Source of the DNA: Alphaproteobacteria bacterium
Lineage (GTDB): Bacteria > Pseudomonadota > Alphaproteobacteria > Bin95
Length of the DNA stretch: 64,000 bases
Assembly (NCBI GenBank): GCA_964291285.2
Contig: OZ219788.1
Coordinates: 315,136 to 379,135 of the forward strand
Reading direction: 5' to 3'
In this document: positions 43,649-55,547 of the stretch, one piece after another
Position numbering within the stretch: position 1 is the stretch's first letter
Layout: every line of letters begins with the position of its first letter
Made by a program: the position numbers and the translations under genes
Notes under the pieces: generated by a model
What the model was told of the DNA's origin: nothing
The model's input: the letters and a program-made list of their open reading frames with translations, nothing else
Database searches by the model: none

Positions 43649-44668
43649 GAACAAGCCCCCTTCATCTTGTACAGGAACTCTCGCCACTACCGCTCCGCAA
43701 CATCATGCGTCTAAAAACACATGGCCACAGCCCATCATGTGTTGCACTTCACTATGGAACAGGGGTTGTATCCCTGATCGGCGAGCTGATTTTTTTGGGT
43801 TCTTTTTGGTCGCTTGGGGAAGCGCTGACGATAGTTGTCTGGTGGTTTCCGCTGCCCCGGGCGGGTCTGGAGCGTTTGATGATCGGGCCGGGTGCAATTT
43901 TTGGGGGCTCGGGGGGGCGCCGGTCGTTGCCACCAAGCAGACGGGGCCGGCGCCGCATCGTTCTCAGCAGCCCCAGTCTACCCCCTCGCGCAGCCCGGCG
44001 ACCCTCGCTGCGGTCGCCAGCACATCCCCTCCCTCAGGCAGGCGAAAATCTCAACGCAACGGGGGCCGGCGACTCCAGTCGGGCTACGCCCTCCTTACGT
44101 CCCTGGCCCCCGTCGCAAATGCCGCGGCGCCACCATCACAATCCTCGGCGCGCTCAACAAAAAAGCGCAACGCCAGCAAATAAGCGCCTTTTGTGACCGT
44201 CACCTACACGAGCATAGAATTCCGGTTCGATCGCGCCCATCCCGCTCTCCTCCAGGTCCCGGTCCTTTCCGGCGCCGCCCGCAGCGAACCGGCAACCGGC
44301 GCCACTCTGGAGGCCGCCCCCTGTCTTGCAAAGGAATCAGTCAGGGGATTTCCATCGCCCCGGACATGCGCGCCAGCCCGCGGACACGCCGGATGCGCGC
44401 ACCCCCGAAGTTCACGGCCGCCACACGATTGCCGCCCGGCGCATTCGGACCGGTGTCCGCGGATGTACGGCCGACCGCCGCTTGCCCGTCCGCTCGCCGA
44501 ACAACTCGACGGCGTTTCACGCGCGCGACGGGCGACGGACCGTTTACCGGCATGCGCGAGCCGGCAACGCCCCATTTCGGATCGGTCCGGTCTCGGACCG
44601 CTATCTGGAAAGAGGTTTGATTTTCAGGAGGGCTGGAAAAATCCGTAATATCAGCGTTTTATATACGA

Positions 44669-44710
44669 TTAGGAATATCCCGCAACATTGGTGTCCAGGA
44701 GATATTTCAC
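44669..44710 (-). pseudogene. vapC: vapC (PIN toxin) remnant: the first 9 codons are recognisable, with a stop after 13
   Basis: GTG lies 2 nt after the antitoxin stop. It reads VKYLLDTNV, the canonical VapC N-terminus, then AGYS*. The sequence changes to AT-rich unrelated DNA after ~44684. Confidence 0.6.
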
Positions 44711-44712
44711 GG

Positions 44713-44994
44713 CTACAGGCGCACGTCGCGGCCCGGCGTTCTCTCGCGCAGATCGCCGAACAGCTCGCCGGGGTCGAGGGCAAGTTCCTCAAGCCGGACT
44801 GCGCTTGCGAATTCGCGGCAGGCGTTCGCGAAGCCCTGCCGGCCCGAGGAGAGCCGCTCGAATTCCCGGCGGCCCACCAGAACGGCCACCGGCTCGCCCC
44901 GCCGGGTAAGCTCCACGGCCTTTCCGCTCTCCGCATCGCGCACCAAGGACGGCAGGTTGCGCCGCGCTTCCGCAATCGAATGCCGGTCCGCCAT
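44713..44994 (-). CDS. Phd/YefM-family type II antitoxin (93 aa)
   Basis: MADRHSIAEARRNLPSLVRDAESGKAVELTRRGEPVAVLVGRREFERL is the typical Phd/YefM N-terminal domain. Confidence 0.75.
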   Translation of the reverse strand: MADRHSIAEARRNLPSLVRDAESGKAVELTRRGEPVAVLVGRREFERLSSGRQGFANACREFASAVRLEELALDPGELFGDLRERTPGRDVRL

Positions 44995-45069
44995 TGTCTC
45001 CGCCGCAATGTTCATCGGTATGTACACAATAGACGGTTCCGCAGAAGAACGGAACCCCCGGCGGCCGGA

Positions 45070-46443
45070 TCAGGAAGGGCTGAACTCCAGACTCACCCTG
45101 AGCCCGGGCGGGCGGTCGTCCGGCGCCGCGTCGGAAAGCACTAGGCGGGCGTTGTGGCGCCGGGCGGCGGCAGTGGCCAGCGCCAGGCCGAGGCCGTTGC
45201 CGGGCAGGTGGCGGCTCGGGTCGAGGCGCACGAAGCGTTCGAGCACGCGCTCCCGGTCTTCCGGCGCGATGCCGGGGCCGCTGTCGGCCACCGCCACGCC
45301 CGATGGGCCGACGATGACGGCGACCCGGCCGCCTTCCGGCGTGTATTTGACTGCGTTGTCGATGAGGTTGGAGAGCGCCTGGGCCAGCAATTCCGGCTGC
45401 CCCCGGACTTCCGGGGCCGGCCCTTCCTTTGCGAATTCGAGCGCAATACCCCGCTCTTCCGCCGAGGGTGCATGGAGCTCGACCAAGTCTTCCGCGAGCC
45501 CGGCAACATCGACCGGAACGGGCGGCGTCGGACCGGACTCCGCCCGCGCGATCGCCAGCAGCATGTTGAACGTGTCTATCAGCTCCGTGACTTCCTGGCC
45601 GGTGCGGACCAGCGCATCCCGGTAGCTGCCGGCATCCACCGGCCCCCGCAGCACATCCTCCAGCCGCGCATGGAGCCGGGCCAGGGGCCGGCGGAGGTCG
45701 TGGGCGACATTGTCTGTCACCTCGCGCAACTCGTTCATCAGCAGCTCGATGCGCGCCAGCATCCGGTTGACGCTCGTTGCCAGGTCGTCGAATTCGTCGC
45801 CGCGCCCTGTCACCGGCACCCGGCGGGACAGGTCCCCGTCCTCCATGATGCGGCGGCCGGTCTCATCCACCGCCTCTGCCCGCCGGCGCAGGTCGCGGGA
45901 AACCAGAATGCCCGCCGCCAGCCCCGCCAGCAGGATCAGCCCCCCGGCCGCAGCGCCGAAAACGACGATCCGGCGGCTGAGCGCGACCTCCTCGTCGATA
46001 TCGTGAGCGACCAGAAGCCTGAAGCCGCCGGCAAGGTTGGCGACATAAGCGCGGGCGGTGTGCCGGTGGGCGGGCTCGCCGCCGTGCGCGCGGCGATAGT
46101 GGAAATCGTGCCACCGGCCGGGCTCCTGCGCCGTTTCGGGCCATGAGGCGAGATTGCCGGCGACCTTGCGGCCCCGCCGGTCCGCCAGCAGGTATAGTGA
46201 TTGGCCCTCGCGCCTGCTTCGCCCCTCTATGACGGCGCTGAGCCGCAGAGGCCCGAACGCCCGGTAATGCTCCGCCAGCCCCTCCAGTTCCGCCCGAACG
46301 ATCTGCCGGCTCTCCTCCTGCAGCGCTTCCAAGGACGCGCTGTAGAGAAAGCGGAAGCCGGCGAAGCCGAAGACCCCCAACACGGCCAGATAAACCAGGG
46401 TCAGCCGGAAGGCCGACGTGCGCAGAAGCTCAATCGGCCGCAA
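45070..46443 (-). CDS. two-component sensor histidine kinase (HAMP-HisKA-HATPase)
   Basis: Two TM segments, H-box EVTDNVAHDLRRPLARL, N-box LSNLIDNAVKYTP and G-box VADSGPGI. Confidence 0.88.
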   Translation of the reverse strand: MRPIELLRTSAFRLTLVYLAVLGVFGFAGFRFLYSASLEALQEESRQIVRAELEGLAEHYRAFGPLRLSAVIEGRSRREGQSLYLLADRRGRKVAGNLASWPETAQEPGRWHDFHYRRAHGGEPAHRHTARAYVANLAGGFRLLVAHDIDEEVALSRRIVVFGAAAGGLILLAGLAAGILVSRDLRRRAEAVDETGRRIMEDGDLSRRVPVTGRGDEFDDLATSVNRMLARIELLMNELREVTDNVAHDLRRPLARLHARLEDVLRGPVDAGSYRDALVRTGQEVTELIDTFNMLLAIARAESGPTPPVPVDVAGLAEDLVELHAPSAEERGIALEFAKEGPAPEVRGQPELLAQALSNLIDNAVKYTPEGGRVAVIVGPSGVAVADSGPGIAPEDRERVLERFVRLDPSRHLPGNGLGLALATAAARRHNARLVLSDAAPDDRPPGLRVSLEFSPS

Positions 46444-47110
46444 GGCGGTATCCGACGCCCCTGACGGTATGCAGCAGCGGAGCGTCGAAGTCCCTGTCGA
46501 TCTTGGCGCGCAGCCGCGAAATCTGCGCGTCGATCACATTGGTGCCCGGGTCGAAACTGAAGTCCCAGACCTGCTCCAGCAGCATGGTCCTCGTGACCAC
46601 CCGCCCGGCATGTTCGGCCAGCACCTCCAGCAACCGGAACTCTCTGGGCTTGAGGGCCACCGGCTTCCCCGCCCGGTACACACGGCGCTCCACGCGGCGG
46701 ATCTCGAGATCGCCTATGGCGAAATCGGTTTCCGCTGCCGCCGCCGGGGACCGCCGCCGGGCGAGCGCTTCGATGCGCGCGCGCAGTTCCGCAAAGGCGA
46801 AGGGCTTGACGAGGTAGTCGTCCCCCCCGGAGTTCAGCCCCTTCACGCGGTCGCCGACACTGCTGAGCGCGGTGAGGAAAAGGACTGGCGTGCGGTCGCC
46901 CTCGGCGCGCAACGCCCGCACCAGGCTGAGTCCGTCCAACTCCGGCAGCATACGGTCCACCACCAGCACGTCGAAGCCGCCGCCGCGTGCCGTTTCGAGT
47001 CCTTCCGGGCCGTCAGCGGCGATCTCGACCCGATGCCCGTCCTCGCGCAGGCCCTTGGCCGTGTAGGCCGCCGTCTCGCAGTCATCTTCAATAATGAGAA
47101 TCTTGAGCAT
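46430..47110 (-). CDS. OmpR-family response regulator
   Basis: Receiver domain MLKILIIEDD...DVLVVDRMLP and a winged-helix output domain (LKPREFRLLEVLAEHAGRVVTR...VRGVGYRL). It overlaps the kinase gene by 14 nt. Confidence 0.9.
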   Translation of the reverse strand: MLKILIIEDDCETAAYTAKGLREDGHRVEIAADGPEGLETARGGGFDVLVVDRMLPELDGLSLVRALRAEGDRTPVLFLTALSSVGDRVKGLNSGGDDYLVKPFAFAELRARIEALARRRSPAAAAETDFAIGDLEIRRVERRVYRAGKPVALKPREFRLLEVLAEHAGRVVTRTMLLEQVWDFSFDPGTNVIDAQISRLRAKIDRDFDAPLLHTVRGVGYRLAAD

Positions 47111-47211
47111 GACGGGGGCATCCTAGCATGGCCCGGCATTGAGCCGGGCCGGGAAAAGGCCGGACGCCCGCCGGCGGGAGGAGGAACCGGCGGGCGTCCG
47201 GAGGCGAGGAA

Positions 47212-48633
47212 TCAGGCCGTGTCCAGCGGCAATGCCACGAACCGGTCCCTGTTCTCCCGCCTGAGGAGCATGAGCACGGCCTTGCGGCCGGCCGTCCTGA
47301 GCTCGGCGACGATCCCTTCCACATCGCCGGGCGTCTCGACAGCCCGGCGGTCCACCGAAAGGAGCACATCGCCTTCGCGCACGCCCTTGCGGGCAGCCGG
47401 GCTGCCGGGCATCACATCGGCAACCACGACCTTGCCGTCCGCCACGCCGAGATCGAGCCCCGCAAAGCCGCCTTCGGGCACACCGGCTTTCGCGACTTCG
47501 TTGCCGGCCGGCATGGCGGCAAGCACCGCCTCCACGCTCGCCTCCGCGCCGTTCCGCCAGAGCTTCAGCCTCACCGTCCGGCCGGGGTCCCGCTCGGCGA
47601 TCATGCGAGGCAGGCGCCGCATTTCGACCACGCGCTCGCCGTCCACCCCCAGGATTACGTCGCCCGCCTTCAGGCCCGCTGCGGCCGCCGGTCCGGAAGG
47701 ATCGACCGAGGCCACAAGCGCGCCTTCGGGCTGTTCGAGGCCGAGGCTTTCCGCAAGGTCTTCGCCGACATGCTGGATGCGGACGCCGAGCTGCCCGCGC
47801 TCGACCGCGCCGTTTGCCTTCAACTCCGCCACGATGTCGTTCGCGAGAGCCGAGGGCACGGCGAAACCGATGCCGACATTGCCGCCGTTGGGCGAGAAGA
47901 TCGCCGTGTTCACGCCGATGACCTCGCCCTGGAGGTTGAAGGCCGGGCCGCCGGAATTGCCGCGGTTGATCGGGGCGGAAATCTGGAGGAAGTCGTCATA
48001 GGGGCCCGCGCCGATCTGGCGCCCGCGCGCGGAGACGATGCCGGCCGTGGCGGAATGGCCGAGACCGAAGGGGTTGCCGACCGCCACCACCCAGTCACCG
48101 ACCCGCACCTGCCGGGAGTCGCCGAACGCGACGTGCGGCAGTGCTTCCTCCGCCTCCACCTTGAGGAGGGCGAGGTCCGTCTTCGGGTCGGCGCCGACGA
48201 GGCGGGCCGGCAGTTTCCGCTTGTCGTGGAAGGTGACGGCGATCTCCTTCGCGCCCGCCACGACATGGTGGTTGGTGACGATATGGCCGTCCGCCGAGAT
48301 GACGAAGCCGGAGCCGACGCCCGTCGCCGGCTGCCAGTCGCGCCATTTCTCGGGCCAGGGCGCACGGTCGCCGAAGAAGCGGCGCATGAACTCCTGCGGA
48401 CCGGCGGGCATCTCCGCCTTGAGGCTCTTCTCGACGCGGATGTTCACCACGGCGGGCGTCACCCGCTCGATGGTGCCTGCCAGGCTCGGCAGCGCGGCCG
48501 CTGCGGCGTCGGGTGCCCCGGAGGCCTGGAGCGCGCCCACATGGTACGCGCCGCCGGCCGCAAGCGCGCTCCCGAGCAGGATCGCGGCGACCGTGCGCCG
48601 GGCGGGCCGGCTCACAAACAGTCTGGTTTGCAT
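47212..48633 (-). CDS. degP: periplasmic serine endoprotease, DegP/HtrA family (473 aa)
   Basis: Signal peptide MQTRLFVSRPARRTVAAILLGSALAAGG, catalytic GNSGGP and two PDZ-like regions. The track ORF extension to 48957 overlaps meaB and is rejected. Confidence 0.88.
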   Translation of the reverse strand: MQTRLFVSRPARRTVAAILLGSALAAGGAYHVGALQASGAPDAAAAALPSLAGTIERVTPAVVNIRVEKSLKAEMPAGPQEFMRRFFGDRAPWPEKWRDWQPATGVGSGFVISADGHIVTNHHVVAGAKEIAVTFHDKRKLPARLVGADPKTDLALLKVEAEEALPHVAFGDSRQVRVGDWVVAVGNPFGLGHSATAGIVSARGRQIGAGPYDDFLQISAPINRGNSGGPAFNLQGEVIGVNTAIFSPNGGNVGIGFAVPSALANDIVAELKANGAVERGQLGVRIQHVGEDLAESLGLEQPEGALVASVDPSGPAAAAGLKAGDVILGVDGERVVEMRRLPRMIAERDPGRTVRLKLWRNGAEASVEAVLAAMPAGNEVAKAGVPEGGFAGLDLGVADGKVVVADVMPGSPAARKGVREGDVLLSVDRRAVETPGDVEGIVAELRTAGRKAVLMLLRRENRDRFVALPLDTA

Positions 48634-48719
48634 GAAGTCTTCCCTTCTGCTGACGGTGCGGCGCAAGCCGCGCTCAGCAGAAGATAAGAACCGGGCCTTA
48701 CCGGAACCTTGCCGGCGCC

Positions 48720-49700
48720 TTACGATCCGGCAAGGAAGCGGGAGAGAAGCCGCCGGGCGGCCGCGGCCGGCGCCGCGCGGCCCGCCGCCACCTCGCCTTC
48801 CAGCCTGCCGGCCAGCGCGCGGAGCGCGCGGTCGCGCCGGACCGCATCCAGCGCGCCCTCGGAGACCTCGTTCCACATCCAGGCGGTCGCCTGCCGGGCC
48901 CGTCGTTCCCTCAGCCCGGCGCCCAGCGCCTCGCGGAACGCGCCGACCGCCTCCCAAGCTTCCGGGATGCCGGCTCCGGTAAGCGCCGAGCAGGTCTGCA
49001 CCCGGACCGTCCAGCCGGGTGCGGACGAACGCAGCAGGTGGATTGCCGCCTCGTAATCGGCCGCCGTGCGCCGCGCCTGGCTCTCCAGCTCGCCGTCGGC
49101 CTTGTTGACGAGCACCAGGTCGGCAAGCTCGATGATGCCCCGCTTGATGCCCTGGAGTTCGTCGCCGCCGGCCGGCAGCAGCATGAGCAGGAACATGTCC
49201 ACCATGTCGGCGACGGCTGTTTCCGACTGGCCGACCCCGACCGTCTCGACCAGCACCACGTCGAAGCCGGCGGCCTCGCAGGCGAGCATCGCCTCGCGCG
49301 TGCGCCGCGCGACGCCGCCGAGCGTCGTCCCGGCGGGCGAGGGGCGGATGAAGGCGGCGCCGTCCCGCGCGAGCGCTTCCATGCGCGTCTTGTCGCCCAG
49401 AATGGAGCCGCCCGAGCGCTTCGAACTCGGATCGACCGCAAGCACGGCGACCCGGTGGCCCGCCTCGATGAGGTGCCGGCCGAACGCCTCGATGAAGGTC
49501 GATTTCCCGACCCCCGGCGAACCGCTGACGCCGAGCCTCACCGACCGGCCGGCCTCCGGTAGCAGCGCCTCCAGAAGCGCATCGGCCCGGTCCCGGTGGT
49601 CGGGGCGCGAGGACTCGATCAGCGTGATCGCGCGCGCCAGCGCCCGGCGTTCACCCGTGAGCACCGCCGCCGCGAGGCGGGAAGGGTCGGTCTCCTCCAT
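48720..49700 (-). CDS. meaB: methylmalonyl-CoA mutase-associated GTPase MeaB (ArgK family)
   Basis: P-loop [12 protein letters not shown] and ...[10 protein letters not shown]...NKADG. It lies directly downstream of the mutase. An alternative start is at 49742. Confidence 0.88.
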   Translation of the reverse strand: MEETDPSRLAAAVLTGERRALARAITLIESSRPDHRDRADALLEALLPEAGRSVRLGVSGSPGVGKSTFIEAFGRHLIEAGHRVAVLAVDPSSKRSGGSILGDKTRMEALARDGAAFIRPSPAGTTLGGVARRTREAMLACEAAGFDVVLVETVGVGQSETAVADMVDMFLLMLLPAGGDELQGIKRGIIELADLVLVNKADGELESQARRTAADYEAAIHLLRSSAPGWTVRVQTCSALTGAGIPEAWEAVGAFREALGAGLRERRARQATAWMWNEVSEGALDAVRRDRALRALAGRLEGEVAAGRAAPAAAARRLLSRFLAGS

Positions 49701-49713
49701 GCGTTCCGGGCGC

Positions 49714-51864
<2,151 letters not shown>

Positions 51865-51943
51865 GGCAGCCTCTCCCTCCGTCCGGCGGGCCGACCCATA
51901 TTACCGCGACTCGGCGGCGGGGCGTCAGTCCGCCCGCCGGGCG

Positions 51944-52234
51944 TCAGTCCGCCCCGTCCACAGCGATGAACTCGCCGACGCCGGCATGCGCCCTGAGCGC
52001 CCTGATCTCGGTATATTCCGGCGAGTTGTAGAATTCCTTCGCCCGTTCGAGCGAGGGAAACTCGATGATGACCATGCGGTCGCTGAACTCGGGGCCCTCG
52101 AGCGTCACCGTTTCGCCGCCGCGTGCGATGAAGCGTCCGCCGAAGGAGGCGACGCAATCGGGCGTGCGGGCGGCATAGCGCTTGTACTGCTCGGGATCGG
52201 TCACCTTCATGCGGACGACGATATAGGCGCTCAT
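51944..52234 (-). CDS. DUF1330-family protein (96 aa)
   Basis: MSAYIVVRMKVTDPEQYKRY...GGRFIARGG...VIIEFPSLERAKEFYNSPEY matches the DUF1330 pattern. Confidence 0.75.
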   Translation of the reverse strand: MSAYIVVRMKVTDPEQYKRYAARTPDCVASFGGRFIARGGETVTLEGPEFSDRMVIIEFPSLERAKEFYNSPEYTEIRALRAHAGVGEFIAVDGAD

Positions 52235-52295
52235 CGGGGGCTTCTCCTTCCTGCCGGCGGACTTCGACCGGCATCCACTCTACCGCAGCTCCGGT

Positions 52296-52862
52296 TCACG
52301 GGACATGAGGCCGGGGCATCATCGCCGTGCCGGCCTCGCGGTCCGTCAGGGCGGGGTAGCGGCGTGGGCGGAACAGCTGGTAGTGCCACCATTCGCGCAT
52401 GTAGAAGTCCCAGCCCGCCGCGCTCATCAGGCCGAGCAGCAGGGCGCGGTTGCGCTGCGCTTCCGGGGAAACCGCCGCAGACCCGTGATGCGAGGCGGGC
52501 GTGAGGTCGTCGAAGCCCGTGCCCATGTCGAGCGGCTTGTCGTCCGGCCCGGTGAGCGTCAGATCGACGGCGACGCCGCGCGTGTGGATGCCGCCCCGGC
52601 GCGGGTCGCTGATGTAGGCCGGGTCCGGGACGGCGCGCCAGAGCGCCCATTGCGCCTCCAGCGGCCGGAAGGCGTCGAACAGCAGCAGGCCGAGCCCCTG
52701 CGCCTGCGCGAGCTCCGCCGCCTGGACCAGCGCCGCCTCCGCCTCCGGCACCAGCCACGCGGCCGGGCGGGAATAGATCGGCTTGCCCGCGACATTGTCC
52801 GCCCGCGCATAGGCGATATCGAAGGCGATGCCGTGGCGCTCCGGCGACAGTTCGACAAGCAT
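52296..52862 (-). CDS. ddpX: D-alanyl-D-alanine dipeptidase (VanX/DdpX family, 188 aa)
   Basis: ...FDIAYARADNVAGKPIY...LLLFDAFRP...HTRGVAVDLTL...REWWHY. The start is chosen at MLVELS, and the longer track ORF is rejected. Confidence 0.8.
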   Translation of the reverse strand: MLVELSPERHGIAFDIAYARADNVAGKPIYSRPAAWLVPEAEAALVQAAELAQAQGLGLLLFDAFRPLEAQWALWRAVPDPAYISDPRRGGIHTRGVAVDLTLTGPDDKPLDMGTGFDDLTPASHHGSAAVSPEAQRNRALLLGLMSAAGWDFYMREWWHYQLFRPRRYPALTDREAGTAMMPRPHVP

Positions 52863-52873
52863 GGCGCCGGACT

Positions 52874-53347
52874 CTAGCGGGCGGAACCGGGTTCGAGGAA
52901 GATCAGGACGATCCCGGCCGCGACCATCGCGGTTCCGGCGAATTGCCGCCAGCCGAAGCTTTCGCCGAAGACGACCGCCGAGGCGACCGCCGCGATGACG
53001 ACGGTGCCTGCGACGATCACCGGAATCGCCACCCCGGCCCGCATGGGCCTGTCCAGGCCGGTCCCGCCGAAGAGGTAGAAATACCCGATCTCCGCGGCGC
53101 CGATGCACAGGCCGGCCAGCACGGCCCACAAATACGCCCTCGGCGCGAGCGCGAAGACATGGCCCCCCTGCGCCGCCAGGAAGCCCAGGAACAGCACCGA
53201 GGTCGAAAGCGCCGCGACCTGCAGGCAGACGGTCGCCAGCACCGTCGTGGTGGCCGACGCCGGGACATGGGCTCCCGACAGCTTGATCAGCAGGTTGTAG
53301 CCCGCATAGAGCAGCGTCACCGCCGCCAGGAGCATCGCCGCGACCAT
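52874..53347 (-). CDS. EamA/DMT-superfamily small membrane transporter (157 aa)
   Basis: About five predicted TM helices. It ends ...FGESFGWRQFAGTAMVAAGIVLI, which is typical of EamA domains. Confidence 0.65.
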   Translation of the reverse strand: MVAAMLLAAVTLLYAGYNLLIKLSGAHVPASATTTVLATVCLQVAALSTSVLFLGFLAAQGGHVFALAPRAYLWAVLAGLCIGAAEIGYFYLFGGTGLDRPMRAGVAIPVIVAGTVVIAAVASAVVFGESFGWRQFAGTAMVAAGIVLIFLEPGSAR

Positions 53348-53385
53348 GAGCGCCCTCCCTCCGTTTCCCGGGCAGGCCGGATCGC

Positions 53386-54021
53386 TCAGGCGACCCTCAT
53401 CCTGCCGTAGCTGTCCATCGCCGCCAGCACTTCGTCCAGGGACCGCCGGGCGCCGGTCTGCAGATATTCCATCGCCCGCAACGCGGCCTCATGCGCCTCC
53501 GGGCTGGACCCGGCGACGCAATCCTCGATCACGCGGCAGAAATAGTCGCCCTGGTGGCCGTCGACGAAGGTGTAGTGGACGCAGACATCGGTCAGCCCGC
53601 CCGTCAGCAGCAGCGTATCGGCCCCGAGCCCCCGCAGCAGGATTTCCAGATCGGTGCCGTAGAAGGCCGAGTAGCGGCGTTTCTGGACGAGGTAGTCCCC
53701 GTCGCGGAAGTCGATCACCTCCTTCGCGAGCGCCGTTTCCGGGTTGTCGTCGAGGCAGTGGACGTCCTCGCTGCCGTCGAGTTCCCGGCCGAAATCCACC
53801 AGGTCGGCCCGGTGGATTTCCTGGATGAAGACGACCGGGATTCCCGCCTCGCGCGCCCGGTCGATGGCGAAGCGCGCCCGGGCGACCCGCCCGGCATAGT
53901 CCGGCATGTGGGGGATCGAACGGACCTCCTTCTCCACGAAGGCGGATTGCTGGATGTCTATGACGATCAGGGCCGGGCGGCCTTCGATCAGCTTGCGTTT
54001 CGGATTTCCGGTACCGGTCAT
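53386..54021 (-). CDS. isochorismatase-family cysteine hydrolase
   Basis: ALIVIDIQ...VVFIQEIH...LLLTGGLTDVCVHYT carries the D-K-C triad pattern. An alternative GTG start is at 54057. Confidence 0.8.
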   Translation of the reverse strand: MTGTGNPKRKLIEGRPALIVIDIQQSAFVEKEVRSIPHMPDYAGRVARARFAIDRAREAGIPVVFIQEIHRADLVDFGRELDGSEDVHCLDDNPETALAKEVIDFRDGDYLVQKRRYSAFYGTDLEILLRGLGADTLLLTGGLTDVCVHYTFVDGHQGDYFCRVIEDCVAGSSPEAHEAALRAMEYLQTGARRSLDEVLAAMDSYGRMRVA

Positions 54022-54069
54022 GCGAGGACCCCGCTTCAAGGTCGGGCCGTTCTGCACCGGCCCATGCCG

Positions 54070-55146
54070 TCAGGCCGCCCGGATCCGGGTCCAGGCCGCT
54101 TCGTAGAGCCGGGCGGTCTCCTCGCCCCGGTAGAGCGCCGGCTCGCAGGCCGCCAGCGTCTCTTCCGTCGGGAAGATGCCCGGATTGCCCGTGTAGTCCG
54201 CCGGCAGCAGCGCCTTGGCGGCGGCATTGGGCGTGGCGTAGCGGATCGCCTCCGCAATGGCCGCGCCCGCCTCGGCCTCCAGGATGAAATTGATGAAGGC
54301 GTGCGCGTTTTCGGGATGCGGCGCGCCCCGCGGGATGGCGAGCGTATCCTGCCACAGGATCGACCCCTCGCGCGGCACGACATAGGAGAGGTCGTCGTCC
54401 TCCGCCATCGCCTGCAGCATGTCGCCGTTCCATTCCATCGCGATGTCCACCTCGCCGGAGAGCAGCAGGTCCTGCCCGTTGTCCGGCGCGAACAGCCTGA
54501 GATGCGGCTTCTGCGCGACGATCAGCTTTTCGGCCGCCCCGACGATCTCCGGATCGGCCGTGTTGAGCGGATGGCCCATATATTTGAAGGCCGCGCCCAG
54601 CACTGTGCCCGCCTCGCTCAGCAGCGCGCAGCGCCCGCTGTAGCGGTCGGAGTCGTAGAGCCAGCGCCAGCTGTCGGGCACGCCGTCGCAGCGGGACTTG
54701 CGGTAGCCGATCCCCATCGTGCCCCACATATAGGGGATGGAGTGGCGCCGGCCGGGGTCGAAGGCGGCGTCCCGGAAGGCCGGCTCGATATTCGCCATGT
54801 TGGGAATCGCCGCATGGTCGAGCGGCATGAGCATGCCGGCGGCGATCATGCGCTCGACGAAATCGTTGGTCGGCACGACCACGTCGTAGCCGGGATTGCC
54901 GTCCTTCAGCGTTGCGAACAGCTCGTCATTGTCCGCATAGAGGTCCATCCGGACCGCGATGCCGGTCAGCGCCCTGAAATCCGCAAGCGTGGTCGCGCCG
55001 GTATAGGTGTCCCAGTTGTAGAAATTGAGCCTGGGCTCCTCGCCGGCGGGCGCCGCTCCCGGCAGGAAGGAGAGGCCCGCCGCCGCCGCGCCCGCGCCTG
55101 CGAGGAAGCGGCGGCGCGTCGGCCGGATTCCGAAAGCCGTGCGCAT
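54070..55146 (-). CDS. ABC transporter periplasmic substrate-binding protein, PotD/PotF (polyamine-type) family, with a Tat signal
   Basis: RRRFLAGAGAAAAGL twin-arginine leader. ...LNFYNWDTYTG...YDVVVPTND...IPYMWGTMGIGY.... No cognate permease or ATPase gene is adjacent. Confidence 0.8.
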   Translation of the reverse strand: MRTAFGIRPTRRRFLAGAGAAAAGLSFLPGAAPAGEEPRLNFYNWDTYTGATTLADFRALTGIAVRMDLYADNDELFATLKDGNPGYDVVVPTNDFVERMIAAGMLMPLDHAAIPNMANIEPAFRDAAFDPGRRHSIPYMWGTMGIGYRKSRCDGVPDSWRWLYDSDRYSGRCALLSEAGTVLGAAFKYMGHPLNTADPEIVGAAEKLIVAQKPHLRLFAPDNGQDLLLSGEVDIAMEWNGDMLQAMAEDDDLSYVVPREGSILWQDTLAIPRGAPHPENAHAFINFILEAEAGAAIAEAIRYATPNAAAKALLPADYTGNPGIFPTEETLAACEPALYRGEETARLYEAAWTRIRAA

Positions 55147-55346
55147 CGGCGCCTCCCTGGGCTTTCCGGGGCAGGATCCCGGCGAGTGTCGAGCCGGCGC
55201 GGGGAGAAGTCAAACGCCGGCGGGCGCCGCCCTGCCGACGGTCCCGGCCCCGACAGCGTCGCCCGCGACGTCGTGCCGGCCGCTGTCGCGCGCCGCGCCT
55301 TATACCACCCTTCGCGAGCCGGAGCCGGCGGCCGGCGGGACCCCCC

Positions 55347-55378
55347 GGAAATGTCATGGAATGTCATGTTTCGTCATG
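55347..55378. repeat. block 1 of helically phased hexamers: three (T/C)GTCAT(G) units at an exact 10-bp period
   Basis: GGAAATGTCATGGAATGTCATGTTTCGTCATG, read directly. Confidence 0.85.
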
Positions 55379-55547
55379 CGGCCGGTCTCCGCCCCGGTCG
55401 TTCGCAAGGCATCGCAGCCTCCTTGGCCGAGCCATGGTCCCGGACGCCCCCGTTGCCGGAGGAGCGCCGCCCGCCCGCGCATAATGCGCGCCTGCCCGTG
55501 CGTGCGCGCCCGCCCGCGCGAGGCGGCGGGACCGGCCTCCCCACCGT

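Noticed and set aside
44215-44245. tRNA fragment suggested by the GGTTCGATC T-loop-like string
   Set aside because: The flanking bases do not form a 5-bp T-stem (TCCGG vs GCGCC), and no acceptor or anticodon arms can be drawn.
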